62,989 bases of DNA, filler included, from Asterionella formosa (GCA_002256025.1; 17 parts of 17 records of this genome joined end to end with filler, not necessarily neighbours in it); one strand, 5' to 3'; positions 25,081 to 38,014 are shown, counted from the whole stretch's first letter. Notes: generated by a model from the sequence alone, not told the origin. Made by a program: numbers and translations.

Positions 25081-25589
25081 GGAGTAATAAGCGAGCAACA
25101 GAACACCATATGTTCTGGCATACCTACCCGGTAGTTATCATAATATTGCTTTTATGAATTTAACTGGCGCGATAANNNNNNNNNNNNNNNNNNNNNNNNN
25201 NNNNNNNNNNNNNNNNNNNTTAATTAATTAANNNNNNNNNNNNNNNNNNNNNNNNNNNNNNNNNNNNNNNNNNNNTTAATTTTAATCAAAGATTTTTGTT
25301 GTAAGTTATAAATGACATTGGTGGAACAGTTTATTGATTTGTTCTTATGTGATCATTGTTGACTGACACATTATTTTACTGAATTATGCGAAGAGTTCAT
25401 TGATTTCTGGTATGTGGAGCATGCTAAAATGGGACTGCAGTGTTGAGATATAAACAAAACATGGCTAACAAGCAAGTAATTCCTTCTCATTGTTGTTATG
25501 ATTAGGAAATCAAAATAGATAAAATAGAATCGGATCAGAAGGAAATGGGATTTGCAGCATGCAGTCAGATGAGTTTCAGAATCTGAGTG

Positions 25590-25815
25590 GAAGGGAGGCG
25601 GGAGGCATGCATCAAGAGATTTGAAGGCAGGAGGCATGCATCCTCAAGAGCATTGAAGGGAAGCGGGGGAGAGGCAGGCATCCTCAAGAGCATTGAAGGG
25701 AAGCAGGAGGCTTGTATCCTCAAGAGCATTGAAGGAAGGCAGGGGAGGCATGCATCCTCATGAGCATTGAAGGGAAGCGGGGGAGAGGCAGGCATCCTCA
25801 AGCAGAGCATTGAGA
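25590..25815. repeat. Minisatellite, ~6 units of 25-40 bp
   Basis: Recurrent GCATCCTCAAGAGCATTGAAGGGAAGC...GGAGGCA. Confidence 0.85.
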
Positions 25816-26042
25816 CAATAGAAAAGGGGACGAACATTGGCTGTTTAACCGTACAAAATGTAGAAACATAAAAATGATTTCGTGATATAACAGTAAAATT
25901 ACAATCCATTTCAACCTATTTTTAACATTTATTTCGATTAGAGTTACCATCATATAAGGCAGGATAGGTATATGATAAAAGAATATAGTACATCAAAGGA
26001 TAATGCTTTGATAATTATATGGTGGTTTGATAATTATGAGTA

Positions 26043-26570
26043 CCAGTAAAAAACTGCTGTGACCCACTAAAAAAAATTTGGAACTGCTGTGACCCACTGA
26101 ACAGGAGAAAAACACGGTGCGACCCTCCCAAATGCAGATTTGTTAATTTTAAAACTTCGACCCTAATCTTGAGCATGTACGCTTTAAGGCTATGTCATTA
26201 GATATTAGTTTATAGCAATTGGTTTCTCCTAAAATATTGGTTGAAAAGTGCGATCGACGAAAATATTGCCAGAACACGGATTACCCCATGTTTTGAGGAT
26301 TCATTGTTATATGATATACGCAGCTTAATACAAAAATATCGCCTTCGATTTATTTGTTGTATGATTCCTGTCATATCCTTATCCCTGTCACTTGATAGTG
26401 CCTAAGTAACTTGAGCATCATAAACTGGCGCCCTATCACCCATACACTTGAAAGGAAATGAGTACATACCAGTATACAATTTTCAGCTCATAATATGCAT
26501 CCAATTTATGGCAAAAAAGAAATCGACTGTGCCTTCGGGCAAGGCGGCTCAGTCTATTAGCAGCGCAAAC
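26043..26570 (+). mobile_element. Left part of CCWGT-terminated non-autonomous DNA transposon
   Basis: TA|CCAGTAAAAAACTGCTGTGACCCACT plus second internal copy AACTGCTGTGACCCACTGAAC, same layout as 34458-34517; internal GATCGAC.GAAAA...AGAACAC.GATT also shared. Confidence 0.7.
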
Positions 26571-26889
26571 NNNNNNNNNNNNNNNNNNNNNNNNNNNNNN
26601 NNNNNNNNNNNNNNTTAATTAATTAANNNNNNNNNNNNNNNNNNNNNNNNNNNNNNNNNNNNNNNNNNNNAATTCACAGAAATTAATTCCCTGTTCCATG
26701 CCGATTTTACAACCCTAGCGATATTTTGCTCAAAACTAGGGTTAAGCCGTGGCTGTAACCTTCATCTATGATCAAATACCGGTATATACCTGCAAAATGT
26801 AGATTTTTAAAACTTTTAATTAAATTTCATGTTACATTAAAGCTATCCAATAATTGCACTCGGGCCCAAAAAATTTGACACAATTAGTA

Positions 26890-27026
26890 CCGGTTTTTTT
26901 CGGACCTGTCTTTTTCATCAGCCGCACCCCCCGTAATCCTAGGGACTACATGAAAAAGACAGGTGGAGAATGCAGGAATCGAATTCACCACCGCAGATGG
27001 GTGTGATAACCACTAAAGCATTCCCC
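26890..27026 (-). mobile_element. Dispersed repeat end with tRNA-like module and 15-bp inverted repeat (copy 2)
   Basis: Minus strand GGGAATGCTTTAGTGGTTATCAC...AATTCGATTCCTGCATTCTCC; IR ACCTGTCTTTTTCAT (26904) / ATGAAAAAGACAGGT (~26950); terminus TA|CCGGTTTT. Confidence 0.6.
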
Positions 27027-28255
27027 TGCAAAAACGTAGATATTTATATGTATACTAGGCATATACATGCATGATATTATTTTGTATAGTGCTGGGTATG
27101 CACAGTAGACTCCACAACACTGGTATTTAAATCACACAGAATATTACATAGTACCCCATGCGCCAATGCCCTGGTGGGTAGGATAGACCACGTACAAGTC
27201 AAGACTGGGGCTGCATACAGGTTTTTAGTGAGTGAAAGTGAAACACTCCTACTTCGTCCAGATGATGGGAGAGGCAGGGTGTCTCACCGGACACTATGAC
27301 AATCAAGGATGACTGGGTGGTGCCTCAAGACCACTCCCACATAGTGAATTGGTTAAAGGTGTTAGAATCCTCCCATTATGCCACCTCCCAAGCACCCCAC
27401 ATTTGATGGTGCAGACGGGCAAAGTAACCGGATACTAGGCTTTCCGCTGGCGCCTTGGAACAGCAAAAAAACCCAAGCAAATTACTGGTAGAACCGAATT
27501 ATTGAAAAACGAGGCCTTGAGATCCTATGTTGAAAACTTTGTTGGATCATTGCATGACAGAAAGGAGAGCAAAGATTCTTTTCCCTGATTGGATGATTAG
27601 AAGATGCCATTTTCTCTATTGCAATACATAACGTGAGGCAGCAACAGCAGGTGAACTAAAGAGGATTAATTGCCCTCTTGTTACGAAAAGCATGGTCTCA
27701 ATTGGAGGTGATGCGTGTTGGCATGGCAGAATACCAACAACGGATTTTCTGAGTCAAGATGATATTATTTAGTACAATAGGAATGATGTTATTTTGTACT
27801 ATAGGAATGAAATTGCTCTATTAATGTGTAAAACCAGATGTTCTTGTTCACTGTTGATGCAGGATTTGATTTCCTTTCCGAGCTGCCACTGTCAACAAAC
27901 CCGCATTTGTATGAAAATCTGTCGTTCAAATTGAAGTCAAATGATCAATCCTCATTTAAAAACCCNNNNNNNNNNNNNNNNNNNNNNNNNNNNNNNNNNN
28001 NNNNNNNNNTTAATTAATTAANNNNNNNNNNNNNNNNNNNNNNNNNNNNNNNNNNNNNNNNNNNNAAGCCGCGTATTACGTGAAGTGACCATCACGTAAA
28101 TAAGCCTAGTTGATTTTGAATGGATCACATGAATTAGTTGAATACATCAAAATGCTTACTTGAATATATCTATATATTATCTGAATACATCACGTTCATT
28201 ATTTGATCAGAGTATCATGCATGCATTCCTGATCATCACTATATTACGTGATCAC

Positions 28256-28348
28256 CTTCACATAATTATTTGAAATACTTCACATAATTATTTGAAATAC
28301 TTCACATAATTTTTTGAAATACTTCACATAATTATTTGAAATACTTCA
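28256..28348. repeat. 22-bp tandem repeat x4
   Basis: CTTCACATAATTATTTGAAATA at 28256, 28278, 28300, 28322. Confidence 0.95.
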
Positions 28349-29459
28349 ATTAATTCTGTAATTCAGTTCACATTGTCTTAAATTTTTGTTCACGTAATTC
28401 TATAATATGGTTCACGTAATTTATTAAATTTTTACGTATTTTAAAAGTACTATCAAATAATGTTGATTACTAATTCAACAACCGGTATTTCACATTGCAT
28501 GGGAAACAAATCTCGATATGCAATCAAACAAAGCTGTTCTATCAGAATGGAATCTTCAGTCTTGAGAAGGCAGGCATTATGAGACATCTGCAAGGATATT
28601 GCAAGACAAGGAGAAGCCATTCATTCAGAAGGGGGAAATTATTCACTCTTGAACAGGCATCATTCTACGAAGTTGCAACATGAACGCATCCTCACACACT
28701 GATTTCCTTCTTGTACTTGAAATGACTTCTTCATTGACCTGCAGAGATTTTCATAACAACAGTGTGTCAGTAATGTATATGATAGAACTAGCAACAGCAG
28801 AAAGCAACACACAGTTCATTCCGGACCTCATTGTCCCTGCCTGTTGTCAACAACAATGCGTGAGCTGACAAGCCATACTAGCATTTAGGTACACAACAAG
28901 AACACACTCACCATTCAACTGTATTGCAGAGTTCTTTCTTTGAGTCGAGGATTCAATTGACATTGCAGCAACCTATGCAGTTACAGAAACAATGAGAAGG
29001 AATGATTTGTTAGCAAGTAGTCATATTACATTGAAACAACTACACGCAATTCCATCGTATCCTCTTGCTTCACTTACCACAAATCAATGCAACTGATGCA
29101 TAAGTCTGTAATAGTAACTTGTCAGTAAATTCTTGAATAAGTAAGTTTCGGGTATCCAATGTTGTTGAATAAAACTTACCGGTACATTTTTGTCATCTTA
29201 ACTTTGAGAGAAGGTAAACGTTTTGTCAGCTTTGTTCCAACAGAAGTGAATAGGTCCAACAAGCGACAAGAGCACTTACGCAATTTGGTTTTGTTTTACA
29301 TTGGTGCTCCCCAACAAGCGAAACGAGCTGTTGAATCAACTGAGAAAAAAGGAAATGTGNNNNNNNNNNNNNNNNNNNNNNNNNNNNNNNNNNNNNNNNN
29401 NNNTTAATTAATTAANNNNNNNNNNNNNNNNNNNNNNNNNNNNNNNNNNNNNNNNNNNN

Positions 29460-31616
29460 GTCAGCAGGGACATCGACTCATACGTATAAGAAAGGAGAAC
29501 ATATTGAATTGTGGGTGAACAAGGTGCGTGATTAGTATTGCGAGTGAAGCGGTTGCGGTGCAGTAGTCATTGCCTGTAGCCGCTGTACCAGTTTCTACGT
29601 GGCCTTTCACCCGGCTCTGATTTCGTACCAGTTGTTACATTTGCCATGTTTGTTTACCCAACTTACTAACTAACTTACTAACTAACTAACTAACTTTGTA
29701 CTACTGCTACTTCTCTTATTATTATTATCTAGGTCGGCCCTTATGCCAATCCTCAAGAAGCCTATGAGTACTACACACTCCCCTATTGTGCTCCCAATAC
29801 AAAGCACCACCCAGATTCCTCCGACCGTCGATTCAACGAATTGAAACTCCATTCCCTGGGAGAACGATTGGGCGGACATGCATTGAGACATTCAGGACAT
29901 GATGTTACGTTTGAACCGGCAGAGACTGACAGCAGCAGCAATACCGTTGTCCGATCTGAATCATGCACTACCAAGGCATTGACGGAGAAGGATATCAACA
30001 TTTTCACCAAGGCCGTTCAACACAGATGGTTTTATCAAATGTATTTAGACGATTTGCCCATTTGGGGTATGGTGGGAGAAATGCTGCCTGTTGGAGGGGC
30101 AGTGGAAAAGAAAGAAAAGGATGATTTGGCAAGATTGGATCGATTGAAAACTGTACCCGACGAAGATGCGAACCAATTGGTACCATTTATTTATACGACA
30201 CGCAATTTGATTGTTTCGTACAATGGAGATCAGATTGTTCATGTGGACCTTAAGTCAGACCCCAAGTCTCTTATGGAACTCAAGGTTGGCACTGACTATA
30301 CCTTCACTTTGGCGGTTACCATGAACCCAACCACGGAACAATTCAATTCCAGGTTTGATAGATATTTGGATCATGAATTCTTCAAGCACCCTATACACTG
30401 GTTCTCGGTCTTTAATTCATTCATGATGGTTTTGTTCTTGATGGGATTAGTTGCATTGATTTTGTTAAGGACTTTGAAAAAAGATTATGCCCGATATGGA
30501 TTGGTTCATGATTTGGAGGACGGAACAGACGATGCTGGAGGATCATCAGACAACGAATCAAAGCCATTGACCGGTTCCTCCACTGAGGATTCAGGATGGA
30601 AGCAAGTGCACGGAGATGTTTTTAGAGCACCAGCATTCTTGCCCCTCTTTGCTGCACTCTTGGGAACTGGATGGCAGCTCGTTACCTTGACGCTGGGGGT
30701 CATTTTGTTTGCAGTCATGGGACCACTGCACGGCGAAGTACATGAACAACGCGGAGAAGTATTGCATGCCATTTTGGTATGCTACTCACTATCCAGTATT
30801 GTGGCAGGATACACTTCGGGACAATTCTTTAAGCAGTACTACCCAACCACTGCTAGGAAGAATCCAGCATCCACCAGCATGTGGCAAGCAACTATGGCAT
30901 TCACGGTCATTTTACTTCCCACTGTGGCGGTTTTGATATTGACCTTTCTTAATGCTGTCTCTCTTTCTTACGGAACCATCAATACCATTCCCTTTTTGGT
31001 CATTGTCAAGCTATTTCTATTGTGGATCTTTGTCAGTGTCCCACTCTGCGTATTGGGTACTCTCCTTGGACGTCATGCGAAGTTGGGTGGAGCCCCCACT
31101 GGAAAGGGAGGAGACCACTTCCCTTGCCGCGTCAACGCCATTCCAAGACCCATCCCAGAGGAGGTACCATGGTATGGAAAGCCAAGTGGATTGATCCCAT
31201 TGGCGGGACTATTGAGCTTTGGATCCATCTTTATTGAACTATACTACGTCTTGACATCCTTGTGGAACTACAAGTTCTATCATGTATACGGATTCTTGTT
31301 GGGAGTATATGGGATATTGACCATTGTGGTTAGTATGACGTCCATCATTGTTGTGTACTTTTGTCTCAATGCTGAAAATTATCTGTGGCAATGGACTGCT
31401 TTTGCATCTGGAGCATCTACGGCATTGTATGTATACGTCTATGGTATATATTACTTTCTTTTCAAAACACAAATGAATGGATTCTTGCAAACGTCCTTTT
31501 ACTTTGGATATATGCTTTTGATTTCTACAACACTGGGTATTCTGTGTGGAACTTTGGGACATTCGGCATCATCCAAGTTTGTTCGAGCAATTTTCAATAA
31601 TGTCAAGGTGGATTAA
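29460..31616 (+). CDS. Transmembrane 9 superfamily (nonaspanin/EMP70) protein, 5' truncated, TM9SF3-like
   Basis: Exon 29460-29523 (LWVNK), intron 29524-29732, exon 29733-31616 (VGPYANPQE.Y.YY.LPYC, LDDLPIWG, IHWFSVFNS, GWKQVHGDVFR, FIELYY, C-terminal VKVD). Confidence 0.95.
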
Positions 31617-31876
31617 AAACCTATAATCCAAATAATATTACACATTACCCAATGACCAAAAAGCAGAACGTTATCGCATGAGTAAAATAAATCACAAGAA
31701 ATAATGATAAACACATATGTTGCCTATAATATATGGGATATATTGACTTCATAAATTTATTTTCATGGATCAACTCATCCATGCAATAACAGTGTCCACG
31801 CAACACCCGCATGTGCATGAGAGGCACGAATCTGAAATCAATTTCCCAAGGCAATTAATTGCCCGTACCAAAAGAT

Positions 31877-32084
31877 CCAAACAAAGCATAATCAATTTAT
31901 ACTTTGGTTCTGTTTTATTAAAATTTAGCCAAACAAAGCATAATCAATTTATACTTTGGTTCTGTTTTATTAAAATTTAGCCAAACAAAGCATAATCAAT
32001 TTATACTTTGGTTCTGTTTTATTAACATTTAGCCAAACAAAGCATAATCAATTTATACTTTGGTTCTGTTTTATTAAAATTTAG
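31877..32084. repeat. 52-bp tandem repeat x4
   Basis: CCAAACAAAGCATAATCAATTTATACTTTGGTTCTGTTTTATTAAAATTTAG, four head-to-tail copies with one substitution. Confidence 0.97.
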
Positions 32085-32189
32085 GTTTTTACCACAGTAT
32101 AAAATACATTTCATCGATAACATTTTGGTGGTTACATAAAAATAGTATAAGATATCCTTCTCCAGCATAAAAGCCTTTTCGTCTTCTTA

Positions 32190-33994
32190 TCATTTCGCGA
32201 ATGAGGTTCCTCTTGTCAAACTACCGCCACCCTTTTGCCCTGCATGCCAGGAGTGGTCCTTGTGGTTGGCACTTAAACTTGCAGCTTTGGTCATTTTCTT
32301 TTCATAAATATTATTCCCATGCACACTGCTTGGACTATTGACGCTACTACGGCGGTTAACTCTTGGGTTATTCACTGCTCCACCTGTTCCCCCTGTCGCT
32401 GCAAACTGTTTCAAGAGTTCCACATGAAAAGCAAACGTCGAATATGATGCAGCATTTGGTAATTTTTCCATTAGAGTCCGCCTGGGTGAAAAATTGTAAC
32501 TAGTGGGTGAGTGTCATGAATCAATGGTAGTCAACAGGGCAAATTTTGTACAAATGACGGGCTAAGAGGGAGAGAATACATTATTCGGGATACGTACACT
32601 CGATCTTGTTTCAGTTCTGTCAAAATGTCTTTCAATTCATTTATTGGAATGACTTTTAGCTTCTGAGAGTTCGTCACGACAATTTTGGTCGAATCTGCTT
32701 CCACCTCCACTTGTTCTTCCACTGCTGCAGGTTCATTCCGGGCTGTCAGCTTTGCCAGCAAGGAATCAAACTCAGCCTTGGTAAGAAGCGTTGCCAGTAA
32801 GGTAGTGACTGATCTTTCAAACCTTTGATAATCCAAAAACATGGAATGACGTTGAACCGACCCTGACAAGTTGACAGATTTTGTTCTTCGGATGCGTCTG
32901 GTGATGGAATCTTCAGGAAGTGGAGTCACTGCTTCTGCTGCTTCAGCCGCAATGTCTTCTAGGGACAATCCATTGGTTTGCAACGTTTTATAAAAGTTCA
33001 GGAATTCACAATTCAACATGTCTCCTGCAGACTTGCGAGTTTTTGGATTGTATGCCAACAGAGCATCCAGTAAATCAATAAAGGAATCAGGCATTTGTTC
33101 TGGCATTTGTGGTAGGTCTCGAAGATTGCGCTTTGATTTGTGCAATACATTAAAAGCCTTTTGAAGTTCATCGGCAGGGTACCCAGCCACTAGGACGTAG
33201 AGTGTCACTCCAGAGGACCAAACATCTGTCTTGTTTGTGTAGGAACGTTGGAAAACTTCTGGAGAAATGTAGAACCCAGAGCCTGCCATGGTGGTGTGAA
33301 TATCAGTGGATGCTGACACGACGTCCATCGTTCCACTTCCAAAGTCGATCAATCGAAGCTCTGCTCCAGGATTTGGATTCCTAAACTGTGAAAGTGATGG
33401 GAGTTGGAGAAATGAGAAAAGATGATCGACCCAGAAAAAACCAAATTGCCGTACATGCTCTGCCAAACATGATCAGCAGAGTAGCTAACGTACCATGGTG
33501 TTTTCTGGTTTAATATCCCGATGAAGGACTCCATGTTTGGCACAATGATTAACCGCATCCAGCAACTGAAATGAAATTCTAGACACACACTCTGTCCTCA
33601 ACTCCTCTTGCTGGGCCACGTATTCCATCATTTCCCCTCCCGAGCACAGTTCAGTTATCATGTACACCACCTTTGGTGTTTCGTATATCCCAACCAGCGC
33701 CAAGCAATAATGCTTCCCAGCCAACGTTTTCAGAATCTCACATTCTCCACGTATTATTTCTGGTTTCAAGGGCGAGTACAACGTGTTGTCCTTGAAGTGA
33801 ACCCCCTTTTTGAGTTCCTTGCTGGCGAATGGTTCCTTTTCCATCTTTCCGCTAGAAATGTCGTGAACGAGCTTCACTACGCCGAACTCTCCTTCGCCCA
33901 GGATCTTGTCTTCCATGTATTTCTTATGATAGGCCTCTTCATCTCCATCTGCCTGATTGATCAGGTGTTGAGGAGCTGATGAGCAAACTCCCAT
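32190..33994 (-). CDS. CAMK/CDPK-like Ser/Thr protein kinase, 3 exons
   Basis: LGEGEFGVV, HRDIKPEN, IDFG, YISPE, DVWS.GV; introns 33386-33493 and 32482-32597 (GT-AG) restore frame; N-terminal MGVC acylation motif. Confidence 0.9.
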
Positions 33995-34457
33995 GATGCT
34001 GGGTTAGAGACGTGTGTATACAGGCAGTCAATGTTGTTGAAGAAATCAGAGGAAATTATGAGTGTATCATTAACCAACTTTCGTTTGTTCTTGGTTGTGC
34101 GCCTCAATTTAATATTTATACCCCTACATACATGTATATGTATCTCTATACCTGATTTTACAAAATGATAGTGCTTAAGATATACTATACATGAATGAAT
34201 ACAAGTATATGCATGAATTTCAGGTTACATATAACAACGTTGCGCAGTTAGCATGTAATCCTTCACTATGATTGGACAGAATATCGGCCACTCTACGTAA
34301 GGCCGGAAATATCCCAACCAAATTCCGGCATTTATCCTCTGGTGGTACTTCGTGGACGTAATGTACATACCGGTAGACATACAGTGTGTAAATTAGCACA
34401 GAACAGCGGTAAAATACTATGTACCAGTAAGATATGCTGGTGCCCTGGTACCAGGCA

Positions 34458-35215
34458 CCAGTTTAAAAACTGCCATGACCCATTGAGAATATTTTTAACT
34501 GCCGTGACCCATTGAACGCAGAGTAACACGTTTTGCAATCAAAACAAATAAATGTAAATTTTGAGAGTTCTGGCTCCTTCCCGAGCATATAGGCTACCGT
34601 TGTCAGCTATATAATTAGTTTGAGATTTGGAGCAATTTGTTCAATGGTCGATCGACCGAAAAACCATGAAGAACACTGATTAGGGTAAGTTTAGAAGTCA
34701 CCGCATCATATGATACACGACGATGAATGTAAAAATTTCGATATTGATTTGAACCTTAACCTCATTTGCGACAATATAGTATATCTTGTCTTGGTATTGG
34801 CTTCTACGGAGATGGCAAATTATTTAGGCGCACGGCATCATCATGCAAATGCGTTATGTATGATTACGGGTATGACAGGTAGGGAGTACATAGCAGGTTT
34901 TCATCGCACCTTTCTAATAACACGCATGACAAGTGCTTTAACACCTGACCTAATCCGTCCTCGAAAATGTATATAAATTTATATACGTTTATCTAGAAAA
35001 AAGTATATACTGCCATGACCCATTGAAATCACTTTTTAGCTGTTTTATTATCATCGTATCTTCTGATAAAATCGTTCAATCAGAATTCCAACATGACAGC
35101 TTGATTGATCGATGCTGCTCTGACACTATCAAACAAACGGATCCGCAATTTGGTAGAATTTTCGGAGGAGTCAAACAAACACCCTAACTCAATGGGTCAT
35201 GGCAGTTTTTACAGG
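34458..35215 (+). mobile_element. Complete 758-bp MITE / non-autonomous DNA transposon
   Basis: Left CCAGTTTAAAAACTGCCATGACCCATTGAG; right CTCAATGGGTCATGGCAGTTTTTACAGG|TA; internal copies of ACTGCCRTGACCCATTGAA at ~34498 and 35009; no credible ORF. Confidence 0.85.
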
Positions 35216-38014
35216 TACCAGGTACCGGTACCAGTACCATACTCTCCCCTGAGGCACTTCCTGATACAAAGCAATTGTTAACATGTTTACCGGTTTGGTA
35301 GCCAGGTTCTCACCAGGAGTACCAGTACTAGATATATAGCTATTTGTTATGTCTGAGTGCTCCGACAAAAGACCCGAGGTAGTATGCAGCCCTGCTTATG
35401 CCTTCTATGCCGGTACCAGGGTGCCTTGTACCAGGTACCTAATCATTAAGGTCAACGCACTCAGCATGCATCACAATGCCATTCCAGACATATTCACAGG
35501 ATAGTTCAGGTATGTTATTCATATAATTTGTATATTTAGAATTCATATGCAAAATAATTTATGTAAAAGAATAAGAGAATTCATATTGGATGCTGACAAT
35601 ACCAATGGTAAAGATGATTGTTGATATGCTTTATGCATCCAGTTGCTGACAACCACATCCTTTCGATTTTCTCCATTAATTCATGCCCAATGGCACTGCA
35701 AATATTTGCAGTCGAAAACAGACAATAACCCAAATAAATATATAGTTTAGTAATTCAAATTCGATATGAAATGATATGTTCCATTCCTATTTTGTTGATC
35801 ATTAGGGTTGGTTGTTGCTTGCATCACATATCATGTCACGATATTTCTCAAGAGATCTCTTTTGCTGCGTTTTTCTCAATCAATGAAGGGCACCAGATTG
35901 CACTCAACCAGTTTGTTATCAATAGTATACAATAGCGCTCATAGAATGTTAGCTAAATTTTTCAAATCGGAATTGAAATGAGTGAAAAATAGGGCAATAT
36001 TCATGTGTGAATGGCAAGAAGGAGCTGATACACACAAATCAGTACGTTGCTTATTATCTGGTAGTACACGTTTTACGTACACGTACACATCCGTGATATG
36101 TGCATAAAAAGTGATAACCTTCGAATAAATTGAATTGATCGAAGAGCAAAAGAAGTTGACCAATCAAAAATTCACTTGATATAACAAAAGTTTTGCTTGA
36201 TCAATAGTTTTTGGTCCATAAGATTCTGTTGCAGTCCCGAGTTCCCACAGTGGCCCCTGGTCAATGTTTGGAGCTGCAGTAGTATTAAGATTGATTCTGG
36301 CCAATACTGTGTCTGCTGCTTTCTTGGTTATGCTTCTAGCGAATCCATGGCATTTTCGACAGCTTGAACCACCTCGTGAGTCGCATGAATATCTCCATCA
36401 TTATCGTCATCCATAGTCTGCTACTATCTAAAATTCTCCTTTGCCTTATCCGATAAGGTTGTTTTGCGTCTGTTTGAGTACTTCCAATCCAGCTGTGGCA
36501 ATGATAGTTCGACATATGCTGCTTCGACACCCCTAGCTAGTTGTACATGATTCCGGTGATACTTGATGCAGGAGTGACTAAAATACTCGAGGTGACAACA
36601 ACTGTGCCAAGAAGGTGAGCAGACTGACTTAGTCTTCTTGATTTTCCGACTGTTGCTGACAAACTTAAGCTTCTGTAGCTCAAGCTCAATTCGCATTTTG
36701 TTCGAAATCAAGGCGCTTCTCCTGAAGATTCAGAAGTTGTTTGTCTAGCTCAATCTTCTTTCGCTCTGCCTCAATTTAGTCTTTGTTGAGGAAATGTAGC
36801 TAAATGCTCAAATAAACTTGAATAGCCTCGTCTCCTTGATATTGCACATGGCGTAAGCACATCTATCCATTCCTAATGAAGGAAAGAACGCCATAATTCT
36901 TCCCATCATGCCATTGTTCTACAAGAAGTAGCAACAACATAAAGCGCAAATTGTAAATGTTGTAATTGGAATTCAAACCATAACGACATGAGTTGCAATA
37001 ATGATAACTGCTGTTGATCCCTCTCCCAAAATTCATTTCTGTTGTTGATGTTAGGTATAAAAATGGTGTCTTTGTTGATTAATTTAATTACATAACTCAA
37101 ATTAAATTTATTAAATTAGGCCGTTGCTAACCGTTGACCCAAACCAAACCCAAAAACTTATTTTTAGATTGATTTTGGTTTTGGCTCACTGACGCAAAAA
37201 CGATGCTATCGGTTTTTGGGAAATCCTAAATGTTGTCAACCACCCATCTACTGTGACGTAGGATGACAAAACCATTATAAAAAAATAAAATATTTCTATT
37301 AGTAGACTACTTTTATAAATGAAATATTATAATTCCTATTTGGGAATTAGTAAGTTTTCCCCGCAATTTACTGGTAGTGCCGTAAATATATATACTCCGA
37401 CCACACTTCTTCATGATGAAATACAACTGACAGCAGTTTCAGCAACCCAGACAGAATTGAATGCTGCAAACAAAAACAATGGTTCTTGGTAAAAACGAAT
37501 TGGCGATGCGCCATTACCTGCAACAAAACATCTCCTGCTTACTTACCAGATATATTGATACAATGGGACGTGGCGATGCACCAGTCCCAGTTGCCGGAAC
37601 TTTACCGCCACCAGCAGCCTCAGTTGAAGAGGACGACGAAGATGAAATTTGCTGAGACCCTCCTTTCTTGTGAAAAAGTACCTGGTACCGAGTTCTTGTG
37701 GAGTAGTGAAAAGCTCGCCGTTTCACAACCTTTTTGTGGTCGTATGTTTGTGTCCATTTTAACAAGAATTTAGTAAGCATGATGGGATCAATACACTACC
37801 AGTACACATTATCATTAGCAGGAGCCATCTCAGTTTGTAAAACTAGATCATACCGTACTCATTTAAGATTCGATGTTATTCAATTGCGTTTACTAAAGGT
37901 AGTCTACTAGTACAGTACAAGCTGGGTTATTTATTAAGACTCATTAATAGAACTAAATTACCAAAATTGACGACATTTTTACCTGTTGCTGTTGCATTCC
38001 TCGATTATTAGATG

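Noticed and set aside
31877..32084. CRISPR-like array (also 28256-28348, 52196-52283, 25590-25815)
   Set aside because: Head-to-tail repeats with no unique spacers and no cas genes
35580..37100. Short minus-strand ORFs suggesting a degraded gene
   Set aside because: No recognisable domain and many stops; cannot support a call
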